A stretch of DNA of 64,000 nucleotides, taken from the NCBI RefSeq assembly GCF_006345805.1, contig NC_043001.1, forward strand, positions 68,014,001 to 68,078,000, read 5' to 3'. Of the stretch, positions 27,167-40,855 are shown piece by piece. The stretch is from Octopus sinensis. Taxonomy: Eukaryota. A program made the translations under genes and the position numbers. Within the stretch, counting starts at the first letter, position 1. Every line of letters starts with the position of its first letter. The notes under the pieces are model-generated. The model worked only from the letters and a program-made list of their open reading frames with translations, was not told where the DNA came from and ran no database searches.

Positions 27167-28514
27167 CTGTTCCATTGTTTACATTCTCAGGATGTTTTTT
27201 CTTCATTTGTATTGCTTTTACGTCCTGTTCTTGTTACTTGTTTTACCCCTCTGCAAAAGAATTTTATTTAATTCCTTTTGCAGGAAGGATTGCTTCGGCC
27301 GGCTCGTGTTCTGACCTTACCTTCGAAACATGAATTGAGTCGAACCAGGGGCAGCTGATGAAGGGGAATTTTCCTTGTATTGTTTGTCCTGTACTCTGTT
27401 TTTTCGTTGTTAAAAAAAGTCCGTTTCCTTGTTTGATTTTATGTTTTCGTTTCTCGATGTGTTCTACGTTTATTTGTGGTGTCCTGTACATATACATATA
27501 GATGTAAGTATGTACATATATGTATGTATATATGCATATGTTTTATTTATTTACTATATTGTTATTATATGACCGAACGCACGCGTTGTTTTCTTTTCTC
27601 CAAGTAAGTTTTTATTTATATATATATATATCGTTTTCCAAAGACCGATAGAATAAATACTAGGCTTACAAAGAATAAGTCCTCGAGTCGATTTTTTCGA
27701 CTAAAGGTGGTGCTGCAGCATGGCTGCAGTCAAATATATATGAATATATATCCGGTCATAAGGGTCTGAAGAAACACCGCAAAACTATGCGCTTATGGGC
27801 ATGAGAGCCAGAGTAACCTCAAAGACTGGCCAGAGCCATCTTTACACACACACACACACACACACTCACCACACACACACACACACACACACACACACCA
27901 CACACACACACACACATATATGTATGTGTTTTTCTTTTAGTTCAATATAGTTGTATACGAAGATTTCACTCAACACCTTTCGTTAGAGTTTCATATATAT
28001 TTTACTTCCTCAAAGAAGTGACTGACAGTTATTAGAAGTTTTGCCTTAGTTGACTCTTCTAGACTGTATGAAATTAATAAACCGAAATAATTTTAAATCA
28101 TTAAATAATACTTAATAAATTTTACAAAAATAACAATAAATCGAATTCAATAAACAACAGGGTGAAATTAATTTTGAACACTTTTAAGAAGAATAGCAAG
28201 TCGTAAAATTTGTAAAATGCGAAAGTTCTTTTATTTTAGTTGGTTGCTATGTGTGTGAATATTTCCTTTACGTCTTAAAATGATAATTGCCATAATAATT
28301 TCACGACGGAGTGTCGGGCGGAAGTGACAAAAATGAAATGACAGGAAAAAGGTGGTGCCGCCAATGTGAATGAAAGGTAGAAAGAGGAGAGAGAGGGAGA
28401 GAGTGAAGAGTGATGAGAGAAAGAGAGAAAGGGGAAGGGTTGTGCGTTTTGAGCATTGTTCAAAATGAATAATCGCAAAAACGAGTTTATTGAAATTTAT
28501 TAAAATAGCAAAAT

Positions 28515-28959
28515 GTTGGTTTCACATTTTGGCACAAGGCCAGCAACTGCAAGCGAAGGGGTAAGCCGATAACATCGGCCTCAGTGTTCAACAGATAATT
28601 ATTTTATCGACCTTCAACAGATAATTATTTTTCGAACTGAGCGAAATTTGAACTCAGAACGTAAATACGGACGGAATGTAGCTAAGCATTTGGCGCGGTT
28701 TGATAACAGTTCTGCCAGCTTGCCGCCTTTAAAGCAGTTTTATTGCTTTCAAATTTTGGAACAAGGTCAGTAATTTTGGGGGAGGGGATAAATCGATTAC
28801 ATCGACCCCAGTGCTCAGCTGGTACTTATTTTATCGACCCCAAAACGGATGAAAGGTGAGGTCGAATTCAGCTAAATTTGAACTCAGAACGTAAAGAGCG
28901 ACGAAATACAGTTGAGAATTTGGTGCGGCTTCCTAACGACTCTGCCAGCTTGCCCCCTT
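28515..28959 (-). mobile_element. Two tandem tRNA-derived SINE copies (28515-28729, 28745-28959)
   Basis: The two copies align with each other and with 33826-34030. Confidence 0.8.
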
Positions 28960-28984
28960 TAATTTAGTAAAATATTAGCAATTG

Positions 28985-30636
28985 TAAAACGTATTTTGTA
29001 TTTGTCAGCTTCCTTAAAGACTGAAAACAGTTTTTTTTGTTTTGTTTGTGTTTTGTCACTATTTGTATTAGTTTTCCTTGCTTCTGAAGTAGGTATTTCT
29101 ACAGTCCTATGGTGGTTATTTTGTAATAGTTTTCTCGCTGTATAAAGCCTCTACCACCTTCGATACGTTGTATATATAACCTTTCTATGTCGGATTTTGG
29201 GTGAAGCATCCTAAATCCTGCCATTTTTCTTGTTTTCCTGCCTATTTTGATGAGTTCATTTAGAGCCCAGTTAAGAATATTGTAGCTGTAACTTATAACT
29301 GGGACGGCTAGACTGTTGATACCTATTATCTTGTTTTTCGCCTTGAGCTCTGTTTTCAGTATTAATCTAACTCGTCTATAGTATTCTTTTCTTATATTCT
29401 CTTCGATTTGTGTGTGTTGTATCGTATCTAGCTCATTGATTCCTAAGTATTTGTATGTTTGGCTTTGGTCTAATTATTTTATTTCATTTGCTTTATCTAG
29501 TGTGATGTTGCTACTCTTAACTAGTTTTCCTCTTTTCAAGGTTGCTTTGAAGCCAAATTTGATGTTTATGCGGTAAATCCATGTACTGTAGTAACGTTTC
29601 CAGCTGTTTATCATTTGTAGCGTAGTTTTACATCATCTATATATAAGAGGTGGCTGATTGTTTTGCCGTAACAGTTTTATCCAGTTCTGTTTAGCATGTC
29701 AGATAAAGGTGTCAGTGCCAAGCAGAAAAGGTGGAGTAGAGAGAGCGTGTCTCCCTGGAATATTCCTCTTCTAATGGGGACAGCTTTGGTTCATATGAGT
29801 CCCTCTTTTGTCTGGAGCTGTAGCACTGTCTGTCATTTATTCATGGAATGTTTAATATAGTTTATGATTATTGTTGTTACCTTGTTCGTGGCTAGTGTTT
29901 CTAGGATCCATGTGTGGGGAATACTATCAAAAGCCTTTCGGTAACTGATTCAAGCCATACATAGAACCTTCTATTTGTGGCTGTCTTCAGGCATGGCTGT
30001 ATTGATCAGTTGCTAATCTTCATAGGCATATGAGCCCTTGCATCATCCCTTCTGCTCTTCCGGAAACAGGTTGTTATCTTCCAAATGTTTGCTCATTCTC
30101 TGCGATATTATTGCAGTAAAGGCATTATAAATTGCAGGGAGACAAGTTACCGGTCTGTAACTTTGTGGGTTTGCCGTTTCAGTGGATTTGGGAATTAGGA
30201 TAGTTTTCCCTTCCGTGAACCATTTAGGCATTGTCTCTGGCTCTGCTAGTATTTCATTAAATTTCTCAGACAATTTTTTATGTGTTCCTGTTAGGTATTT
30301 TAACCAGAAGTTGGGGATCTTGTCGTGCCCAGGTGTCTTTCTGTTGCTTAGATTTTGCAGTGCCTGGGTAACCTCTTCAGCTGTTATAGGGGTTCAGAGC
30401 TGTCCAGGCGTTGTGTCCTTTGTTATGATAGATCTTTGCTGAAGTTGTTCCTTCGCCGACCATATTTCTTTCCAGAATTCTTCCATTTCTTCTGCTATTG
30501 GTCTTACATTAAGCTCTTTTTTATTCTTGCCATGTTCTTCATAGAATCTTTTGGGGTTGGAGTTGGACTGTTTCTGCGGCTATTAGTTCTGTGACGGCCT
30601 GGTTCATGCTATTTATTATTGATATTGTTTTATTAA

Positions 30637-30640
<4 letters not shown>
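28985..30640 (-). mobile_element. R4/Dong-type non-LTR retrotransposon RT region (degraded)
   Basis: MPKWFTEGKTILIPKSTETANPQSYRPVTCLPAIY...LFPEEQKG, followed by broken RT motifs. Bordered by (AAT)n at its 5' side. Confidence 0.85.
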
Positions 30641-30676
<36 letters not shown>

Positions 30677-30687
30677 TATTATTATTA

Positions 30688-30739
<52 letters not shown>

Positions 30740-31280
30740 GAGTGAGAGGGCAGTACAGGCCATCAATGTGACACTGGGGTAAAATATATTCGAAGCCCAG
30801 TGTACCAATCATGATTACCCGTCTGATAAGGGTACATGCATCACAACCATATGTGCGTGACATGGTGATCTCATATCAAGATAAAAAGTGCATGATCTTG
30901 CAGATGGGTCCCAGTTAGAATTTTCTTCAGGTCGAGTAGCCCATCTCGCTCAAAAGATCCCCGAATAAGGGTTATTTAAGGATGTTGAATGAAACACCCA
31001 TTTCCAGAGGTAAATAATTCAAACCCGAAAGATTTCCTCTCAACACATGGCTATGATGTTCCCTTACTACTTCTGCTCGTGATCAGAGATGCACATATCG
31101 TCAGCCATTAAGGGACATGCTCAACTGGTTAAGGTAAAACAACTGACAAGCAAATGTGTAGTATTGAGCAAAATATTCGCTGTAGCCCATCTTTTATACC
31201 AAGACAAAACAATGTACATGATAACACTTCCAATCATTTAAGCCATGAGAGCCACTGCCTGGTACTGCATCAGGGCATTT
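30740..31280 (-). mobile_element. Non-coding element inserted in (AAT)n
   Basis: (ATT)n tracts on both sides (30640-30739 and from 31280). Homologous to 7630-8108. Confidence 0.8.
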
Positions 31281-31301
31281 ATTATTATTATTATTATTAT
31301 T

Positions 31302-31388
<87 letters not shown>

Positions 31389-31391
<3 letters not shown>

Positions 31392-31945
31392 TAGTTTTAT
31401 TTTTATAGCGTGCTTTCACTTCACTACCAAGCGCAGCTCTGTGTGCCTTGGATATGTGCTGTGATTTGTTGTGATGCTCTGATGGTTATTGTATGGAAAG
31501 TGTTCTGCGTAGGATGTGTGCAGTGCCTAGTAGTGTAATTTTCTGTATGTTATATGTGTTTGTAAGTCCTGGTGTTTTTGTTATGTATTTGTCTGAATAT
31601 TTTTTTATCATGCCTAATGTACCTACTATGATAGGAATTGTTTCTGTTTTTAGGTTCCACATTCTGGTTACCTCTATTTCCAGGTCTTTGTGTTTTGAGA
31701 GTTTCTCCATTTCTTTTAGAGACACGTTGTCATCTGCCGGTATTGATACATCAATTAGAAAGCATTTTTCTTCTTCATGATCTCTGACAACTATATCTGG
31801 TCTGTTGGCCTTAATTTCTCTATCTGTGTGTATCGACATATCCCAGAGTATGGTTGCTTTCTCGTTTTCTGTGACCTTTTCTGGTGTGTGCCTATACTAT
31901 CTTTTTTCTGTTGTTATTGCATAATGTTGGCATAGCTTCCAATAT
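31389..31945 (-). mobile_element. 5'-truncated R4/Dong-type LINE: RLE endonuclease domain plus 3' UTR, in (AAT)n
   Basis: ORF 31486-31839: NRPDIVV...CFLIDVSIP...EKLSKHKDL...PIIVGTLG...IQKITLLGTAHILRR (PD-D RLE). (ATT)n on both flanks. Confidence 0.9.
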
Positions 31946-31957
31946 TATTATTATTAA

Positions 31958-32074
<117 letters not shown>

Positions 32075-32505
32075 TGTTATCAATATTATTTGTGTTCCAT
32101 AATGTTTCTTTTTTTAGTTTATATATTGACATCTTTTCGTATTTTATACTCTTAACCTTATTTGCAATAATGTCTTCGTAGCGACACATCGATATATAGG
32201 TTACTTCGTTTCTCTATGTATTTGTAGGCAACTTGGCAAGTATTGACATAAATTTTATCGTCACGTGACAAATATTGACTTAAATTTTATTGTCAAGTCA
32301 TTGTACTTTTCCAAAGCTTTCTTTATTCCTTTGAACAGATATAACGCGCATTATGGCGCTCTACAGTCTTTTCAAATGTTTATATTCTTTTGAGTATATA
32401 GATTGGAAAATATCTTGTTAGTAGTATACGTTCTTCATTGTTTGGCCATCGTAATCGGGAAACTAGTTGTTAGTTATTATAATGCTATTGCAGCTCTTAA
32501 CACAC

Positions 32506-32587
<82 letters not shown>

Positions 32588-33825
32588 ACACACATACGCA
32601 CACACACACATACACACACACTCAATCCCTTAAGCACACACACATACACACGCACACACCTGTACATACATACATATATGTATATATATTTATATGCGTA
32701 TGCGTATATGTGCAGTTATATGTATCATATACGTACATATGTGTGTACATGTGTTTAAGCATATAGTATAATTAAGAATTCTGTGACTGATATCAGTAGT
32801 AACTTCTTTTATTAATACGCAAATATGTTTTTGAAAGAAACTTACGCGATTATAATGAGGTATTAGCAAGAAGTAACTTAAAAGAGATGTTAGTATTTAT
32901 AGAATATTTCCATCTCCGAAGAGAATTAGTAAGAGAAAATTAACCTCGTTCAATACTTTCCAAACTGGATATCTTCATGAATATATCCAGAAACTATCCC
33001 TCATTTAGTAATACTTAACAAACACATAAAAACTATAAGCTTTTTAACACTCATAAAGTTTAGGAGAGTTACTCATGCCTTTCATGCTATAATCTTATTA
33101 GAAAGAATGCAAATTTACGTTTATTCCAAGCACCCACTTGAAACTACTGAAATGAAACCATTAGTTCCCTCACATGAGTCTGCGTTTGGAAAGCGGGGTT
33201 TACAGAATGTTTCTCTGCCAATTATTACGCCAGTTAATTACGCCAGGCTTCATGGTCAGCGGCAAGAACAAACCACTGGTGACGATCAATGTGACAGCCG
33301 CTAAGAGATTTCTTACAAATCGTCTTTTATATTCTTTTATTATGGGAACCATAGGAATGTTCGCTGTCCAGTATGATCTTGAGAATTTGATGATCCTCCA
33401 TCCTCACGACGTGTCCGGTGTCGTCAGCAGAGTTACTTCGATATATATTATTTTTCTAAACACAGTACATCCATAAGAGGTATTTATCTTCAGATGACTA
33501 GGGTGGTAAGTTTGCTTTTCGCCAAATGTTTACATTAAGTGTGATACATAGATGGGTATTTTAATCTAATACTGCTTCTGTTGCATGCAATGAATTTTTA
33601 TTCATAAGGGTGGCTATTCGCAACACCATTGATTAGTCATCTACTGAATTCTTACACTGGTGTCAACAGATTCCATTTCGGCATGCAGTTGGCTGTGAAT
33701 AGATACAACTGACAACGCGCCATGAAGCAGAAATGCGCATTTAGTATTCTGACCTTGGCCGCTGAGAAAATTTTACTCTGCCTTTGATATATATTTTCTT
33801 ATTAATCTCAGCATGTCCGAACTAG

Positions 33826-34030
33826 ACGGTGGGCTGGCAGAATTGCTAGCACACCTGTCAAAATGCTTAGCGGCATTTCGTCTGTCTTTATATTCTGAGT
33901 TAAAATGTCGCCAAGGTCGACTTTGCCTTTCAAACTTTCGAGGTCGATAAAATAAGTATCAGTTGAGCACTGGGATTCATGTTATCGACACACATCTTCC
34001 CCTAATCTTGATGGCCTTTGAAACCATTAT
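33826..34030 (+). mobile_element. tRNA-derived SINE
   Basis: GGGCTGGCAGAATTGCTAGC head and GTCGACTTTGCCTTTCA...GTCGATAAAATAAGTA core. Confidence 0.75.
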
Positions 34031-34112
34031 TATCTAAGGGCGGATACCGCAATAAATTAATTATGATATACAGATGAATGTTTTAATTTTATACTGCTTC
34101 TATTGCATATAA

Positions 34113-34169
<57 letters not shown>

Positions 34170-34210
34170 CATAAATCTCTGAACGAGGTATTAACAGTAG
34201 CTGTTCGACA

Positions 34211-34676
34211 ACGTGAAGTATATTTGCCACTTAAATGTGGCTAACCACTAAGGGTGGATGCTACTGTAGCTTGTAGCTCCAGGACAACATCTTCTCCACC
34301 TGGCTATTGACACACTTTCTGTACCCTATCAGTATTTGCAAAGGGAAGCCATCCTTCCTATCGTCGACCTGACGTGATACGCACGTAAAAGATATATAGG
34401 GTATATGGAAAAAGGATATGTGTTTGCATTGGGACCCCATCGCATCGAAGACCGGTGATTGTCGTGCGCTGACGACGGGTAAATACCCAGAAACTCGGGT
34501 CCGTGCATATCACGTTAGGTCGACGATGGAAAGGATGGCTTTCATTTGCAAATACTGATAGGGCACTGAAAGTGTGTCAATAGCCAGGTGGAGAAGATGT
34601 TCTCCTGGGGCTACAAGCTACAGTAGCATCCACCCTTAGTGGTTAGCCACATTTAAGATGCAAATATACTTCACGT
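34211..34676. mobile_element. PLE-like inverted repeat (175-bp arms 34211-34385 / 34502-34676) with central hammerhead
   Basis: The arms are reverse complements with scattered substitutions. (TA)n/(TG)n lie nearby on both sides. Confidence 0.85.
34464..34506 (+). ncRNA. Minimal type I hammerhead ribozyme motif
   Basis: gugcg-CUGACGA-c-gggu-aaau-accc-a-GAAA-cucgg-GUC-cgugc. Predicted cleavage after 34501. Confidence 0.75.
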
Positions 34677-34686
34677 ATATATATAT

Positions 34687-34718
<32 letters not shown>

Positions 34719-35903
34719 CTGTGCGTGTGAGTATGTGGTTTACTGGTTAGGGTATTCGGCTCATGATCGCAAGGTCGTAAGTTTAATAAACGACAGTGCG
34801 TTGTGATCTTGAGCAAGATACTTTATTTCAGTTCCTCCTGTCAACTGAGCTGGCAAAATGAGTGGCATCTGTATTTCAAAGGTCTAACATTTATTTCACA
34901 TGGGTAGAAATATAGAGAAAGAAGTTGAAAATGCACTGGGATTTGTTTAGATATTTCTATTTTTAATTTTTTAAAAACTTAACCAGTTTCACAGATTGAA
35001 GAAAAAAATCTAAACGAATCCACATCCCCCCGAACTTCTGGCGAGAACTTTTGCAATTACATTTGGCTGTGTATTTGTATTCGTTGGCGCCAGCATTGTG
35101 TCTTGTGACATCTATTAATCGTTTCCTTTGTATGTCTGTTGATCGGTTGTAAATTTTCTGCCTCTTTATTAGTAATTTCTTTTTTGTGGTCTGGTGTTTA
35201 CTTTCCTTTTATTTGTTAATGGGAAGGTGGGGAGGACCTTATTTTATATTGATATTTTATATTCGTTGTTTTATTTTCGTTGGCTGCTTTAATTACTGAA
35301 TTTCTCTGTTGATATAATTAACATTGTGTGTATAACTTTTTGGTCAAGTTCGTTTCTGTATTGTTTACAAATATTGATGTCATGGTTGGATTTGTTTTTG
35401 GTGTGAACTTTGTGTTGACCAAAGGTGAAGAATTTAAAAAACTTGTTGGTTTATGCGGTTTTTCCTGAATTCAATTGCAAAACGTATTAAAGATGTGTTT
35501 ATGTATGGAGGAGTTAGGAGTATCTGCTATAAGTTGAATTATATGGTTGAGTGGCTTTTACTCACATGTTTCGAATTTTGTCTTGATGTTTTAAAGGGTG
35601 GAGATTTTTAGAAGCTTATTGAATTGCCTACTAAATTAGTTAAAGAACTGGGTTTATTTTACTTGAAAGAATGTATTTTGAATTATAAATATTTAGGCGT
35701 GTTCGTTTGTATGTATATGTGTTGTGGTCAAGACTTTCTTTTATCATGAGGATCAATACATTTTTCAGTATGTTTGTATGTATATGTGTGATTTTGTATA
35801 TGTGTGTCTATGTGAATATATGCTTCAGCAAGACATAATCTTTTCATGTGTGTGGTATGATGTAGGTTTGTTAGTTGTGGTTCGATTCTTGTGGGCATAT
35901 ATA

Positions 35904-35948
<45 letters not shown>

Positions 35949-35996
35949 GAAATCCCATCGAATGCAATTTTTCAAAATAAGACATTTAAAAATATA

Positions 35997-36042
35997 GACC
36001 TGTATCACAGTGATTTCATACTTACGTATTCATCAGCAGGCC
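35997..36042 (-). ncRNA. Minimal type I hammerhead ribozyme, all three stems intact
   Basis: Minus strand: ggccug-CUGAUGA-auac-GUAA-guau-GAAA-uca-cug-uga-UA-cagguc. 6-bp stem I, GNRA-capped stem II, AUA triplet. Confidence 0.85.
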
Positions 36043-36774
36043 TGAATGTATCATAAATAAACCACCCTGCCCCGCTTAAGCCGATCAGCTAACTGATCAA
36101 CATCAACGAAGCACATGGGTGAGTTCACATATATTACATCCTGTAAATGGCATACTTTTACGAATTGCATTTCGGGAGAGGAAAAAGTTTTTTCGGAATA
36201 AAAATTTAGCAATTAAGGACAACTACTTAATAAGGAAAACTTAACAAGAAATTGTCAGGTAGATAGCGTGAAAACCTCATAAGAGAATAAATTTCGAAAA
36301 TAATTATTTCTTATTGAACATATTAATTTATATATAGAGGGCATTATACATACATGCCAGAGAGCATTAAACATACATGCCACACGCTAAGAGGGACAAT
36401 TAGTCATTTCTACCAAAAATATTACTAATCCCACCGAATGCAATTTTTATCACTGCCGTAATGGCTGACATATACCTATGATAAGAAGAGGTCATCTTAT
36501 AAAAGAAGTGACTTTAGAAATCATGTGAAGAATTAAGTCGCATCATAGTCCCTTGATTTAAGAAATGGCGATACGATCTCTACTTCGGTAAATTCTAGCA
36601 CCAAGGCATGTGACATTGTGCCATTTCTGTATTCTATTTCGATTCTCATGCGATCAGGAATTTTCTATTCTAAGAAAGAATCGTTGTTGGTTACGAATCA
36701 ATAGAAATATCACAAGACAATCCAATTGATTTCTGTGAAGACTTACAAGTGAATCCATCAACTATGTTCCTTAA

Positions 36775-36842
<68 letters not shown>

Positions 36843-37150
36843 CGTGTGTGTGTATTTAGGCGTGCAGCGGCTTACAGTCTTCCCGTGGTGATGTCTCCAC
36901 CATTTTCAATCAAGAGGTAGACCTAATTGTGTGGCCATCCTCCTCGAGGAGGATGGCCAAATATTTCAAACTACATACATACTTTAACTTGTCGTAATTC
37001 CATCTTTCTGTCTCTGTGTCTGGATCTTTGTCTCTCCACCCACACACTCACACACACACATATATTTAATATATGTATATACATATATCATAGATATACA
37101 TACATACACATATACGCATACACACATATATATCCCTACCTACATTTTTC

Positions 37151-37220
<70 letters not shown>

Positions 37221-37231
37221 CTATCTTTCTT

Positions 37232-37273
<42 letters not shown>

Positions 37274-37770
37274 GATCTATACGTTTGTCTGTCTACATGT
37301 CTGTCTGACGCTCCTCCCTCTGTCTCTCCTTCTCCCTCCATTTTATGTTTAGAACTTGGTTTTTCTTCCACCACCATTCTTGAATAAATTTGTTAAATTT
37401 TTCACTTTCACATAAAATTCTTTCGTTCCAATCGACGAAGGACAATTAGTATGGTTTATGGCTTCCTAAAAACAACAGCTGAAGTTCACCAAACCACACT
37501 TTGCATGATTAAAACAGGATGAACACATTAAACAATGTAGTCAGAGATAAAATGAAGGGGTTAGAGCCATGGCTAGATCATCTTTGATCATGGGTCTTCT
37601 AAACCTGGCCTAACCTGGAGTTAAATAACATCAGCATCTACATTTTTCAACTCACTATTACTTGACCAACTCTAGGTTCACACATACGCGCACACACACA
37701 CACACACGCGCGCACTCACACACACACACGCACTCACACACACACACACACACACACCACACACACACAC

Positions 37771-37810
<40 letters not shown>

Positions 37811-39209
37811 GCGCATACAACTCGCATGTTTAAAACAGCGTGCCAACCAACTGGTGCAGCGTCTTCGTAACTACAGTACTGTGCATAGGTGACTTGACCG
37901 TCATGTCTAATGACAGACACACCATGATATATCATTTAGTCATCGGTCTGTGTGTTCTCCTGAGGACTATATTTGGTACACTAGGCGATTTGTTCAACAA
38001 TAAACAATTTGGAAGGGGATTATTTCTGTGAGTAGATGTGTGTGTGTGTGTGCATGTATGTACGTATATGTATGTGTGTATGTAAATATGTATATTCGCT
38101 ATTTATAGTGTTGATTCAAAACAGCATTCTGTATATGTTACTTAACGCAGATATACTGTGGGAAGCTAGAAAACTGCTATATACGTCTCGAGAAAGAATC
38201 TCGTATATGAGTAAAAGATGAAAATCATCTACCAGCGGCAGCGGAATTGCTAAATCCAGATTTTTGCTTCTCTGAGCGCGTCATCAATAACAAGTATCCA
38301 CTAGCAACCGCACGCTTACACAAATGTAGCCTCAACTGATACACATACACACACGCACGCACGCACGCACACACACACATACACACATACACACACACAC
38401 ACACACACGCACACACACACACACACATACATACACACAGACACGCCCCCCCCCCAAGTGTTATTAACAGATCCCTGGAGCCGGAAATAGCCGGTAGGCT
38501 GGGTTAAAAGCTCATTATTAGCAACGGAAGAAATATTAGTTCAAGATAGCATTCTCTGCATCTTACTTAATATGGATATAGTATGAAAAGTCAGACAGCT
38601 GCAGTATTTCTAACGAGAAAGCATCTTTATAGGTACAGAAATAGGTGTAGCATAGAAAAATATCAGTAGTTGCAACTTTGGATTTAGTAATTCCACCTCT
38701 GCTGATGCAGAATTACTAAATCCAAATTTCTGCTTGTTTGAGCGCCAGCAGTAACGGTATATGAATACCGTTACTGATGAAGCTTCCAAAAAGTCCACTT
38801 CTGTTAGATGACTGGTCATATGAAACTCAGAGTAACAGTTTTGTGAAGCTTTCTGCTTCAACAAATCGTCATATTGTGCTCTGTTTTTCGTATTCGAGAT
38901 ATACTTTCTTCATCTATCTACTAAAATCATTCTCATTTGCTCTCTGGGGATGAGTGGTGATATAATTTATATTTGTATTATTTTGTGTACAATATCTAAA
39001 ACCAATTAACTGCAAAAACAATGTACTTACTGATGACAGAATCTAATAAACAGCTGTAAGGATTACCCATATTTTCCTCTCTCGTATCTGTGAGGCTAGA
39101 GTATGAACTCTCCGGATATCTACCTATCTAAGAAGAAATACCACAAACGGCTACTTGGATTTCCCTCTCTTTATATACTGTTTGCTGTTTTTCTGCTTAA
39201 TTATATTTA

Positions 39210-40413
39210 CACTCAGAACCACGCTAATAGCTTATAATAGGAGTGAAATTTAGGATTTCTCGGTTTGTACACTATGGCAACACCATTGTTATGTTTTCAT
39301 TATTGTGTAACATCCTTTCTTTTTTATTTCAGATTCCTCAGTTTTTGGGTGAACCACGCTAATAGCGTCTCTCCTCTCTAAGAACAATGGGACGCAGAAA
39401 AGGTCTTAATAATGAAGAAAAGACTGTCATCACCAAGGGAAAGTATTAAAGGCACCTCTCTTCAAGTCATTGTGGAAAAGTTAGGTCGTCATGTAGCTAC
39501 GGTTAGATGGATTCTGAAGGACCCTTCACCAAGGGAGAAAGGATCTGATTCTGAGTCCTCCAAGATCGTGACAGCTAGGGATTTAAGGAATATTGACTAC
39601 AAGTTATGTGGGAGACCTGGACAAACAAGTAAAGCCATTTTCACCCCCTCTGAACTTCCTCATGTACCGAAAACCACCAGAAATCGTATCCTTGGGACAA
39701 TGGCTCCCGAGCGAGAACCCCTGAAACTGCCTCTTCAATGGGCCCAAAAGTACATGGTGTTAGACATGAGCTGTGTTCTGTTTACTGAAGAAACCAGGGC
39801 GACCCTTGACGGACTTGATGGTTGGGCAAATGTTTTGGTCTGTTTTGGAGATGAGCGTCACCAACGTTTATGACATCAAGAATAGGGTAGAGGAGTCATG
39901 TTGTGAGCTGGTATCATTGGGGATAGACTTGTTTATGCAGATGGACGCCAATTTACGTCGAAAGATGTCTTATGGGCGATCATCAAAGCTGCTGAAGAGG
40001 CAGTCCAACTTGCTACTATTGGGAAAATAACAGATTTCATGACTAATAGGCTTTTTGAAGTTATTCGTCGAAATAACGCTCATGGAACTAAATAATTCCT
40101 TATGTCAGTAAATGTTATAATATTATTATGGTTTCCTGCTAAATATATACTCAATGTCTGCTTAATATGTAACATTACCCTCCATTTTCTGAAAAAAAAC
40201 GTCTAGATGGGCTATTTTCATTCAAAAGCTATTAGCGTGGTTCACTCCAAAACTGAAGAATCTGAAATAAAAAAGAAAGAACGTTACACAGCATAATGAA
40301 AACATAACAATGGTGTTGCCATAGTGTGCAAACTAGCTGGGAAAAGTTTTATCAAAATCGAAAACCGAGAGATTCTAAATTTCACTCGTAAGCTATTAGC
40401 GTGGTTCTGGGTG
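39210..40413 (+). mobile_element. Tc1-like transposon with IR/DR-type long TIRs and internally deleted transposase
   Basis: TA at 39208-39209 and 40414-40415. GAACCACGCTAATAGC is repeated at both ends of each TIR. Remnant MGRRKGL...LGRHVATV...WAQKYMVLDMSCVLFTEETRATLDGLDGW. Confidence 0.9.
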
Positions 40414-40800
40414 TACAACTATTCTACAAATGCTTAGATGCCATTAACAAACTCATGTTATTCTTTTATTTCCTTGCATTTTCATTAGCTCGTCACGTAC
40501 ATTGCCTCTAACCAACAATTGTTTGCTCAGATTCTTTCTCCGCTTATTCGGCATTGGAGTTTAGGTACGCGATCCAGACCGAGTGTTAATTGTCTGTATC
40601 TATGATAGGCCTTCTTGATGTATTCTTACCTATTATACACGCGCGCGCAAACACACACACAAGCGCATACAAGTAAGAATTTGATAAGTGGCTTGCATGT
40701 AATCCCAAATCCTTGATTTTCTTAAGGAGCATTACAGTATATATATATATATATATATACACACACATGCATACATAATACATACTTATACTTACGTATA

Positions 40801-40824
40801 TCTATATATATATAATTCTTTGTA

Positions 40825-40855
<31 letters not shown>

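Noticed and set aside
27310-27375. GAAAC...GTC...CTGATGA as a type II hammerhead
   Set aside because: Stem I does not pair; at most a scrambled remnant.
33107-33476. Non-repetitive ORFs as host exons
   Set aside because: No recognisable domain or convincing splice sites; probably decayed TE sequence.
34211-34676. A-to-I editing imprint between inverted arms
   Set aside because: Differences include transversions and both transition directions, with no A>G skew by eye.
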